Source of the DNA: Eledone cirrhosa
Lineage: Eukaryota
NCBI GenBank assembly: GCA_964016885.1
Contig: OZ024743.1
Location: 237,894,001-237,958,000 of the forward strand
Direction: 5' to 3'
DNA: 64,000 nt
This document shows, piece by piece, positions 1 to 10,346 of the stretch; the first letter of the stretch is position 1; each line of letters opens with the position of its first letter. Made by a program: the position numbers and the translations under genes. The notes under the pieces are model-generated. The model had not been told where the DNA came from. It saw nothing but the letters and a program-made list of their open reading frames with translations, and did no database searches.

Positions 1-205
1 AGCATGGAAAAAAAGCACCCAGCACTCACTGTAAATGAGGCTGGTGTTAGGAAGGGCATCCAGCTGTAGAAATTAAGCCAGAATCAGTTCCTGTATGAGC
101 AAGACAAGAACAGCCAACCGGACACTGCGCACAACAGGATAACCCGTCTAATCCATGCTAGCATGGAAGAACAGACGTAAAAAGGTGATGATGATGATGA
201 TGATG
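1..205 (+). mobile_element. 3' part of tRNA/CORE-type SINE (or RTE 3' UTR) ending in (GAT)n
   Basis: Same sequence as the 3' half of the SINE at 63513-63948 (gcacccagcactcactgtaaatgagg...ggaagggcatccagctgtagaaa...catgctagcatggaagaacagacgtaaa-(gat)n). Confidence 0.8.
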
Positions 206-419
206 ATATATATGAAGATAGTCTGCTCATTCCAAAGCTTGACCACTTCTTGCACTTTATGTATGTTCCTTCCTGACATGAGATCTCAAATAGCTTTTGA
301 GTCCTGAAAGCCCACAAACCATACAATGATGTCTCATTTCATTCATGTTACCACTTAGGGTGTGCTTATTGTGTATGCTCAAATGTCGCTTCAATATATA
401 TATATATATATATATATAT

Positions 420-810
420 CTTTCACCGTATTTTTCGACTAAAGAAATTTTAGTCTGATAATGGGGTTTAGAACCCTCAGATAAATGGAAAAAGCTGAGT
501 ATTGACATACATGGGAGTCGAACCTACATCTTTGGTTTTCCAGACCACTGTGCTACCATTTACACCAACACATCACACATCTCCTTCTATTCAAATTAGA
601 AGCTACATTCTTAGCGAGTATAATTGACAAGTAAGTATGTTTCGAAACAGTGGTGGGTTCGACTCCCATGTAGGTCAATACTCATCTTTTTCCATTTATC
701 TGAGGGTTCTAAACCCCATTATCAGACTAAAATTTCTTTAGTCGAAAAATGCGGTGAAAGGTATTCTATTTTCTAATTTCAAACCTGCTCACTGTTTCAA
801 AACATATTTA

Positions 811-813
<3 letters not shown>
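420..813. mobile_element. Fold-back non-coding element with a tRNA-like head, between two (TA)n tracts
   Basis: 420-528 is the reverse complement of 653-760. Minus strand 510-570 reads tggtgtaaatggtagcac...ggttcgactccc (Pol III A/B-box-like). Confidence 0.6.
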
Positions 814-882
<69 letters not shown>

Positions 883-892
883 TAAATATGTT

Positions 893-2311
893 TTGAAACA
901 GTTTATCCAGTTCGACATAGAGAGCTACTATGCTTCTATCACCTTACCGCTACTTACTGCCGCCTTGGACTTCGCCGAAGCACTCGTGCCCATCACCGAC
1001 CAGGAAAGAAAAATCATCCTCCACGCCAGGAAGACAGTCTTACTCTTTGACAACTCCAAATGGATAAAAAGAGCTCCCGACTCACCCTTCGACGTCAGCA
1101 TGGGCGCTACGGATTCGGCGGAGGTCACAGATCTTATAGAATTATTCCTTATAACCAAACTCACCGATATGTTTCCTGCTTTCGGTGGTGGATTGTACCG
1201 TGATGATGGGCTCCTTACCCTTAAAGGGTACAACCCCAGTAGTACAGATCGGGTCCGTAAACAATTAATCAGCTTCTTCCGCGACTGGGGATTTAAAATA
1301 ACCCTACAAACGTCCCTGACCCGAGTTAATTTCCTGGACGTTACCCTCGATCTCAATAATGACTTGTACTACCCATACAGGAAACCCAATGACAACCTGC
1401 ACTACATCCACCGCCGATCTAACCATCCTAGGAACATCACCAACAACCTGGTCAAAAACATCTCCCTCCGCATATCCCGTTTGTCAGCCAATGAGAAGAT
1501 ATTCGATGAACATGCACCTTACTACAACCAGGCCCTCAAGCGGAGTGGCTTCCGGGAGGAAATATCCTACTGTCCAGCTCCCATTAGCGGAACCAGCAGG
1601 CGACACCGCCGCTCACGCAATATAACATGGTTCAATCCTCCCCACAACGCCGAGGTGACAACTCCCATCGGGAAAATTTTCTTCAGGCTCATTGAAAAAC
1701 ACTTCCCACCACAACAGCGCTACCACAACATAATTAACAAAAATACCATCAAACTCTCTTACAGCACTACACCTAACTTCGCACAAAACATCGTCTCCTT
1801 CAACAACAAAAAACTCAACCCCGATGGAAGAAACAACCTAAATAGCAGTGGAGAGCCGACCAGGAGGTGCAACTGTCATGATTGATCCAGTTGCCCCCTC
1901 GACAACAGATGCAGAGACCGTAATGTGATCTACCAGTGCAACGTGAGCACGGGCACCTCCAACAAAGCTTATATAGGATTAACCGCATGTGACTTCAAGA
2001 CCCGGCTATACCAACACAGACATACCTTCCGAAACCCGGCCCAGCGTCACGCCACTACACTTTCGGGCCACATATGGGACCTCAAGGACAACAACATCAA
2101 CTATGATCTCACTTGGAAATTACTGTCCAGAGCCAACTCTTACACGGGAGGACGCCGTCCGTGCAATTTCTGCTCGGAGGAAACTTTACAAATGCTGTTT
2201 TCGACGGACCAACTCCTAAACAAGAAAGATGAACTGGTTACTGCATGTAAACACCGATTACGTAGGACTTACCTCGCCCTCAAACCCCATAATGACCCGG
2301 GGGGGGGGTAG
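893..2311 (+). pseudogene. Penelope RT-GIY-YIG ORF interrupted by a single in-frame TGA at 1883-1885
   Basis: ORFs 893-1885 and 1925-2311 share a frame. Reading through gives CNCHD*SSCPLDNRCRDRNVIYQC. Confidence 0.85.
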
Positions 2312-3471
2312 ACTAGGGCTATAACACCCCACTTGCCTATTTTGTAATGGGCAACCCCTGCTTGCCAATGGAGACGTAAGATCTTTTACTTTTTTTATCG
2401 CTTCCTCTATATTTCCTCCTTCCCCCCATCCCTCCCTAGTCCTTCTACCCCAGTTCCCTTTCTTTGTCGTCGTCTTTTTCTCGCCCACCCGAGGTAGCCC
2501 TTCGGTCCCTTGTAACTTCAGCACCACCACCCCTCCCCTATTCTATGATAGATTTGGCTGACTCCGCTTTTTATAGCAGAGGTATTAGACCTCGGATACT
2601 TGCCCCCTTCTCCGACCGCTGTCCCTTTTTTCCGTGCCTTCTATATTTCTTAGTGGCATCTTTGCTTTAATTTCTCGTTTATCCAGTATTTCTTTCCTCT
2701 TTTTCCCTTTTTCTTTGGGGGGGTTTCTGTATTAATTTTCCGTTCTTTACTTTTACTTCGTATGATCTTTCATGTAGCTTGTATAAGACTTTTGTTTCGT
2801 GGCGGTACCCTTAGAGTTAGCACGAGTATTTTTTTGCGGGACCCTGAATGATATTCTCGTACTAGTTTACTTTCTTGCTCTGGGTGGTTGCTGGCCCTGT
2901 GATTGGGGTAGAAACCTTTATTATTTCGTGGTAGTCTCTTTAGTATTTTGCCCCCCACCCCCTTTGTTGACCCGTCAACGTACGATACACGCACTTATAC
3001 CTCGTATAAGGGTCCCTTTATTTCCGTCCCACCTAGTTTATTTTTATTTATTTTTTTATTCTTCATATATATATTTTTTTAAATTTTATTTATCCATTCT
3101 TTTATTCACTTATTTATTTATTTATTTATGTATTTCTTTAGCCTAGCAATAGCGAGAGACTTAAGTCTTAGTAACCGGACTTTGCTTATTTTTTTTTTCT
3201 CTCTCAGTACTTTTTATAGTTTTACACTTCATTGTTCTTACTTACCGTTTCGACTTCCTCCCCCTCCCCATCCCCAGTATCTTCTTTGACCTCACACCCA
3301 GCTGTAGCCGGCACTACCAACGCATGAATGGGTCTACTCCACCCCCTCTCCCTTTTTCTCCTACCGGCAGGTTCAGCTACCCCTTCCCCTACCAATTTGC
3401 CATCACAGATTTACTACTAACTTGTGATGTGACCAATCCTGGTGATTATCTCTTTGACCATATATGGAATT

Positions 3472-3566
3472 ACTCCTTGATAAGCTCGGCTATTTAAATA
3501 CCAGAATAAATTTTCATTCAGTCCAGAATTAGCCGTCGAAACGGCTTGAGCTCAGCCGTCGGGGTC
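3472..3566 (+). ncRNA. Type I hammerhead ribozyme (U3-A8 core variant) at the Penelope 3' end
   Basis: actcc-TTGATAA-gctcggcta...tagccgtc-GAAA-cggct(tgagctc)agccg-TC-ggggt. Stems I, II and III pair. Predicted cleavage after 3560. Confidence 0.85.
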
Positions 3567-3575
3567 TTACTTGTT

Positions 3576-3633
<58 letters not shown>

Positions 3634-3671
3634 CACTGATTAGCGATTGAATTAATTTATATGAGATGCAG

Positions 3672-3706
<35 letters not shown>

Positions 3707-3845
3707 GGTTTGAGGTTCACCACTGGATAGAGCTGGTCAATTCCGTATGGTCAATCTCAATGTAATAATATGGAGAGTACTCAACGTAAAGCAGTTCAAC
3801 CGTCTTTGTTTTTGTAGTTGTAGTAGTCCAGCCTCCTGTCATTTC

Positions 3846-3910
<65 letters not shown>

Positions 3911-4143
3911 TTAGAAACACACAGATACATGCGGACACACACATATATACATGAATGCATCCGCACCCAACTGTGAGTTAAGGGTGCCCACTTCACCGAT
4001 GTTGCTCAATGAATGACCGGGACAGACCAATTCAGTTGAACTAGACTGAACCAGTATCAGAGTTAAAAATACATTATGAAGAGAGAAGAAACATTTAGAT
4101 ATAATTAGTAATAAAATGTATCATACCTAAACTGCTCCTAAAT

Positions 4144-4233
4144 TCCTCGACTACGTAGTTTCGTGGCATAAACAAAAACAATATATCATAAAGATATAGA
4201 GTCCCTGCGAGGTCTGCCGACTTATCAAGAGGA
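4144..4233 (-). ncRNA. Type I hammerhead ribozyme, array copy 1
   Basis: Minus strand: tcctc-TTGATAA-gtcggca...tgccac-GAAA-ctacgtag-TC-gagga. Confidence 0.8.
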
Positions 4234-4738
4234 TACATCATTTTACTAGTCTCAAGAACGCGTCTACACGACGTGAGAAAGAATCCCAAAAGGCGGAGGG
4301 TGAGATAGTCACGCGATATAACGGTCGAGAAACAGAGCTAAGCCTCTTATAACCACGAAGAAAATACCACGGAGGCGGAGGGGGTATTCATATCGAGGCC
4401 GCAGAAGAGGTGGTGAAGAAGGCTAGAAGTATGAGTAATGGAAGCTTTCCAGTTGTCCCCACACTTCAAAGATTGCTCGACCAGAGGGAGTTATTAACAA
4501 TATATTTAGAAACACACAGATACATGCGGACACACACATATATACATGAATGCATCCGCACCCAACTTTGAGTTAAGGGTGCCAACTTCACCGATGTTGA
4601 TCAATGAATGACCGGGACAGACCAATTCAGTTGAACTAGACTGAACCAGTATCAGAGTTAAAAATACATTATGAAGAGAGAAGAAACATTTAGATATAAT
4701 TAGTAATAAAATGTATCATACCTAAACTGCTCCTAAAT

Positions 4739-4828
4739 TCCTCGACTACGTAGTTTCGTGGCATAAACAAAAACAATATATCATAAAGATATAGAGTCCC
4801 TGCGAGGTCTGCCGACTTATCAAGAGGA
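4739..4828 (-). ncRNA. Type I hammerhead ribozyme, array copy 2
   Basis: Same motif, 595 bp from copy 1. Confidence 0.8.
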
Positions 4829-5333
4829 TACCTCATTTTACTAGTCTCAAGAACGCGTCTACACGACGTGAGAAAGAATCCCAAAAGGCGGAGGGGGAGA
4901 TAGTCACGCGATATAACAGTCCAGAAACAGAGCTAAGCCTCTTATAACCACGAAGAAAATACCACGGAGGCGGAGGGGGTATTCATATCGAGGCCGCAGA
5001 AGAGGTGGTGAAGAAGGCTAGAAGTATGAGTAATGGAAGCTTTCCAGTTGTCCCCACACTTCAAAGATTGCTCGACCAGAGGGAGTTATTAACAATATAT
5101 TTAGAAACACACAGATACATGCGGACACACAGATATATACATGAATGCATCCGCACCCAACTGTGAGTTAAGGGTGCCAACTTCACCGATGTTGCTCAAT
5201 GAATGACCGGGACAGACCAATTCAGTTGAACTAGACTGAACCAGTATCAGAGTTAAAAATACATTATGAAGAGAGAAGAAACATTTAGATATAATTAGTA
5301 ATAAAATGTATCATACCTAAACTGCTCCTAAAT

Positions 5334-5423
5334 TCCTCGACTACGTAGTTTCGTGGCATAAACAAAAACAATATATCATAAAGATATAGAGTCCCTGCGA
5401 GGTCTGCCGACTTATCAAGAGGA
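5334..5423 (-). ncRNA. Type I hammerhead ribozyme, array copy 3
   Basis: Same motif, 1190 bp from copy 1. Confidence 0.8.
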
Positions 5424-5928
5424 TACCTCATTTTACTAGTCTCAAGAACGCGTCTACACGACGTGAGAAAGAATCCCAAAAGGCGGAGGGGGAGATAGTC
5501 ACGCGATATAACAGTCCAGAAACAGAGCTAAGCCTCTTATAACCACGAAGAAAATACCACGGAGGCGGAGGGGGTATTCATATCGAGGCCGCAGAAGAGG
5601 TGGTGAAGAAGGCTAGAAGTATGAGTAATGGAAGCTTTCCAGTTGTCCCCACACTTCAAAGATTGCTCGACCAGAGGGAGTTATTAACAATATATTTAGA
5701 AACACACAGATACATGCGGACACACAGATATATACATGAATGCATCCGCACCCAACTGTGAGTTAAGGGTGCCAACTTCACCGATGTTGCTCAATGAATG
5801 ACCGGGACAGACCAATTCAGTTGAACTAGACTGAACCAGTATCAGAGTTAAAAATACATTATGAAGAGAGAAGAAACATTTAGATATAATTAGTAATAAA
5901 ATGTATCATACCTAAACTGCTCCTAAAT

Positions 5929-6018
5929 TCCTCGACTACGTAGTTTCGTGGCATAAACAAAAACAATATATCATAAAGATATAGAGTCCCTGCGAGGTCT
6001 GCCGACTTATCAAGAGGA
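5929..6018 (-). ncRNA. Type I hammerhead ribozyme, array copy 4
   Basis: Same motif, 1785 bp from copy 1. Confidence 0.8.
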
Positions 6019-6803
6019 TACCTCATTTTACTAGTCTCAAGAACGCGTCTACACGACGTGAGAAAGAATCCCAAAAGGCGGAGGGGGAGATAGTCACGCG
6101 ATATAACGGTCGAGAAACAGAGCTAAGCCTCTTATAACCACGAAGAAAATACCACGGAGGCGGAGGGGGTATTCATATCGAGGCCGCAGAAGAGGTGGTG
6201 AAGAAGGCTAGAAGTATGAGTAATGGAAGCTTTCCAGTTGTCCCCACACTTCATAGATTGCTCGACCAGAGGGAGTTATTAACAATATATAGTCGAGGAA
6301 TTTAGGAGCAGTTTAGGTATGATACATTTTATTACTAATTATATCTAAATGTTTCTTCTCTCTTCATAATGTATTTTTAACTCTGATACTGGTTCAGTCT
6401 AGTTCAACTGAATTGGTCTGTCCCGGTCATTCATTGAGCAACATCGGTGAAGTTGGCATACTTAACTCACAGTTGGGTGCGGATGCTTCATGTATATATG
6501 TGTGTGTCCGCATGTATCTGTGTGTTTCTAAATATATTGTTAATAACTCCCTCTGGTCGAGCAATCTTTGAAGTGTGGGGACAACTGGAAAGCTTCCATT
6601 ACTCATACTTCTAGCCTTCTTCACCACCTCTTCTGCGGCCTCGATATGAATACCCCCTCCGCCTCCGTGGTATTTTCTTCGTGGTTATAAGAGGCTTAGC
6701 TCTGTTTCTCGACCGTTATATCGCGTGACTATCTCCCCCTCCGCCTTTTGGGATTCTTTCTCACGTCGTGTAGACGCGTTCTTGAGACTAGTAAAATGAG
6801 GTA

Positions 6804-6893
6804 TCCTCTTGATAAGTCGGCAGACCTCGCAGGGACTCTATATCTTTATGATATATTGTTTTTGTTTATGCCACGAAACTACGTAGTCGAGGA
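6804..6893 (+). ncRNA. Type I hammerhead ribozyme, array copy 5
   Basis: tcctc(6804-6808) TTGATAA gtcggca...tgccac GAAA(6875-6878) ctacgtag TC gagga. Predicted cleavage after 6888. Confidence 0.8.
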
Positions 6894-7398
6894 ATTTAGG
6901 AGCAGTTTAGGTATGATACATTTTATTACTAATTATATCTAAATGTTTCTTCTCTCTTCATAATGTATTTTTAACTCTGATACTGGTTCAGTCTAGTTCA
7001 ACTGAATTGGTCTGTCCCGGTCATTCATTGAGCAGCATCGGTGAAGTTGGCACCCTTAACTCACAGTTGGGTGCGGATGCATTCATGTATATATGTGTGT
7101 GTCCGCATGTATCTGTGTGTTTCTAAATATATTGTTAATAACTCCCTCTGGTCGAGCAATCTTTGAAGTGTGGGGACAACTGGAAAGCTTCCATTACTCA
7201 TACTTCTAGCCTTCTTCACCACCTCTTCTGCGGCCTCGATATGAATACCCCCTCCGCCTCCGTGGTATTTTCTTCGTGGTTATAAGAGGCTTAGCTCTGT
7301 TTCTGGACTGTTATATCGCGTGACTATCTCCCCCTCCGCCTTTTGGGATTCTTTCTCACGTCGTGTAGACGCGTTCTTGAGACTAGTAAAATGAGGTA

Positions 7399-7488
7399 TC
7401 CTCTTGATAAGTCGGCAGACCTCGCAGGGACTCTATATCTTTATGATATATTGTTTTTGATTATGCCACGAAACTACGTAGTCGAGGA
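7399..7488 (+). ncRNA. Type I hammerhead ribozyme, array copy 6
   Basis: Same motif. Predicted cleavage after 7483. Confidence 0.8.
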
Positions 7489-7993
7489 ATTTAGGAGCAG
7501 TTTAGGTATGATACATTTTATTACTAATTATATCTAAATGTTTCTTCTCTCTTCATAATGTATTTTTAACTCTGATACTGGTTCAGTCTAGTTCAACTGA
7601 ATTGGTCTGTCCCGGTCATTCATTGATCAACATCGGTGAAGTTGGCACCCTTAACTCAAAGTTGGGTGCGGATGCATTCATGTATATATGTGTGTGTCCG
7701 CATGTATCTGTGTGTTTCTAAATATATTGTTAATAACTCCCTCTGGTCGAGCAATCTTTGAAGTGTGGGGACAACTGGAAAGCTTCCATTACTCATACTT
7801 CTAGCCTTCTTCACCACCTCTTCTGCGGCCTCGATATGAATACCCCCTCCGCCTCCGTGGTATTTTCTTCGTAGTTATAAGAGGCTTAGCTCTGTTTCTC
7901 GACCGTTATATCGCGTGACTATCTCCCCCTCCGCCTTTTGGGATTCTTTCTCACGTCGTGTAGACGCGTTCTTGAGACTAGTAAAATGATGTA

Positions 7994-8083
7994 TCCTCTT
8001 GATAAGTCGGCAGACCTCGCAGGGACTCTATATCTTTATGATATATTGTTTTTGTTTATGCCACGAAACTACGTAGTCGAGGA
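7994..8083 (+). ncRNA. Type I hammerhead ribozyme, array copy 7
   Basis: Same motif. Predicted cleavage after 8078. Confidence 0.8.
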
Positions 8084-8391
8084 ATTTAGGAGCAGTTTAG
8101 GTATGATACATTTTATTACTAATTATATCTAAATGTTTCTTCTCTCTTCATAATGTATATATATATATATATATATATGGTAAAACATTGATATAATTCA
8201 ATTCGAGAACTCAACAGGGGAACAGGCATTCGCTTCATGAATATCGTGTTTGTCCGTTCCCTTGTCACTTCAATTTTGGATTACCTCCTGATTGTAACCT
8301 TATCATGTAAGAAGCTGTCTGATGAGATCATGGCACTGGTCTGATGAGATCATGTAAGAAGCTGTCTGATGAGATCATGGCACACGCAGAA

Positions 8392-9420
8392 TCGCATGTA
8401 GAGGAGCAGTAGGAGTTCCTGAAAGATAACCTACTGAAGACGACAAATGAAATCTGCAGTTGGAAAATTTCTCTCGGAGGAAGGAGAATGACTTGGTGGT
8501 GGAACAGTATGGTAGATGAGACAATTAAGGCCTAAAGACAGGCTTGGAAGAAATGGTAAAATGGTGGTAGTAGAGAAGTCTATCAGAATGTTAGGAGAGA
8601 AGCTAGGTGACAAGTATACATTGCAAGAAGGGAAGCGGAAAATAAAAATGTTTAAGCATGTTTTGCAGTGTGAAGATCAAAGGCATAAGCTGTTCAGGAT
8701 CGCAAGGCAGTGTGTCATGGAAAATTGTGATGTTGGTGAGGAGAAGTGTGTCCAAAATGATTATGGTGAACTTGCCCTTACAGACATTGAAAAGAAAGTA
8801 GCATGGAAGTGCTACTATGAAAGATTACTGAATGAGGAGAATGCATGGATTGAAAATAGTTTGCCCCACGATGATCCAACAGAGGGACTGGCTGTACAAG
8901 TCAGCAGTAGCATAGTAAGTAAGGCAGTCAAGGATATGAAGAGAGGTAAGGCAGCTGGACCCTCAGGGATAATTGCCGAGATACTGAAAGCATCTGGAAT
9001 GATGGGTCACACCACAGTCACCCGCATTGTAAACAAGGTAATACAAAACAGTGCCATAGCCAATGACTGGTGTAGCAGCAGCATCGTCACTAGCAACAAG
9101 GGAAAAGGAGATGCTCTAGACAGAGAAAACTATAGAGGCATCAATTTGGTTGACCAGGTTATGAAGGTCACCGAAAGAGTTATAGCACAGTTGATTAGGG
9201 AACGAGTTAACCTAGATGAGATGCAGTTTGGATTTGTGCCAGATAAAACTACCACAGATGCAGTCTCTCTTGTTAGGCAACTGCAAGAGAAATACCTAGC
9301 TAAAGGTAACTCACTCTACTTGGCTTTTGTGGACCTGGACAAAGCTTTTGACAGAGTCCCTCGTTCCATTATCTGGTGGGCTCTCAGAAAACTAGGAGTA
9401 GATAAGTGGTTTGTGAGGGA
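8392..9420 (+). mobile_element. RTE-clade LINE internal fragment (linker and N-terminal half of RT)
   Basis: GKAAGPSGI, KGKGDALDRENYRGI, MQFGFVP, AFVDLDKAFDRVPR. Confidence 0.9.
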
Positions 9421-9652
9421 AGAAATCATATGTGTGTGTGCGTGTGTGTTTGAAAGTGTGTGTGTGTGTGAGTGTGTATGCGCGTGTGTCTGGGCGGGCA
9501 TGGTGTATAATTAAGGATGGTTTTCCAAAGAAGATTGGAAAAAAAACACATGTACACTCACAATTAAATAAGGTACTCAAGATGTTAGTAGAAAAAAAAG
9601 CATATTTATTTCATATAGAAATGACTTCTACAGTCGTTTCTGGTGATATACA

Positions 9653-9701
<49 letters not shown>

Positions 9702-9708
<7 letters not shown>

Positions 9709-10340
9709 TCTAATATTGACTATTGTGATGTTCGAAGGCCCTGTGATTTCCCCTATGAACCCATAGTTAGGGCAGATAAGACATATGACTCTAAGTCATG
9801 TGAAATTAATTTACCTTACCTGCCTCCTATGGTGCATAGTGCATATATCATTTAATTACTTCTGTGTACATTCACTTGCCTCTGTTTCTTGTTTGATACT
9901 CTATGACTCTAAGTCATGGAAAACTAACTCACCTGTCTTCCATTGTGACCAATGCATACCTTCTTTTGTTGCTTTTGTGTGCATTTACATGCCTCAATTT
10001 GTTTTTCTTTCTTTTTTAATTATCTTTAATTGCTTTTAATTGCTTTTGTGTATCTTCACATGCCTCAGTTTCTTGTGAGAAAATCTGCTTGTATTCTCAT
10101 ATGTTGCTATAATGTTGACTAATAACCCCATTACACATTCTCTCCATCTTTCTCATCTCCAATCTCCCTCTTATTATCCTGTACTGTATCTCTACTGTTC
10201 TGGTCACTAAGCTTGGTCGAGCCTATATTCAACATTATATTTTTTGTTTATAACGCTCTGATGATTCCTGCCCCACGGTATCGATGAAACATTGTCAGCG
10301 AATAACAATTGTTTGAGTATATAGGCGTTCTTTTATCTAT
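9702..10340 (+). mobile_element. Non-coding Penelope-like 3' end / terminal-repeat remnant
   Basis: Flanked by (TA)n, pyrimidine-rich, with a hammerhead motif ~40 nt before its end. Confidence 0.5.
10254..10300 (+). ncRNA. Minimal type I hammerhead motif (weak stem II)
   Basis: cgct-CTGATGA-ttcctgccccacggtatcgat-GAAA-cattg-TC-agcg. Confidence 0.6.
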
Positions 10341-10346
10341 ATATAT

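Larger units (their letters stand above)
893..3577 (+). mobile_element. 5'-truncated Penelope-like retroelement (RT + Cys-rich linker + GIY-YIG endonuclease, long 3' UTR, terminal hammerhead)
   Basis: RT motifs FDIESYY, SMGA, LYRDD, VNFLDVTL, YRKP, YIH..SNHP. ORF 1925-2311 has IY..YIG.T...R..QH (GIY-YIG). Ends in (TA)n. Confidence 0.92.
3904..6290 (-). repeat. Four tandem 595-bp units (left arm of hammerhead array)
   Basis: The same 64-aa spurious ORF recurs at 4095, 4690, 5285 and 5880 (period 595). Units are near-identical. Confidence 0.97.
6291..8157 (+). repeat. ~3.1 tandem 595-bp units in inverted orientation (right arm of hammerhead array)
   Basis: Reverse complement of the left arm. 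ORF recurs at 6748, 7343 and 7938. Ends in (TA)n. Confidence 0.97.

Noticed and set aside
420-495. Type III hammerhead in the fold-back element
   Set aside because: Two hairpins are present, but the core reads CTGATAA/GATA and the cleavage-site register does not fit.
510-572. Functional tRNA gene
   Set aside because: It has A/B boxes and an anticodon-like arm but no acceptor stem pairing, so it is treated as a SINE-like head.
4095-8132. Repeated 64-aa ORF as a protein-coding gene family
   Set aside because: It starts at TTG, has no recognisable motif and overlaps the ribozyme; it is a by-product of the repeat.
3904-8157. CRISPR array, rDNA or snRNA tandem cluster
   Set aside because: There are no unique spacers and no recognisable 5S, U-snRNA or histone sequence.
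8305-8385. Three ctgatgag motifs as hammerheads
   Set aside because: They are short local duplications with no correctly placed stem II, GAAA or NUH.
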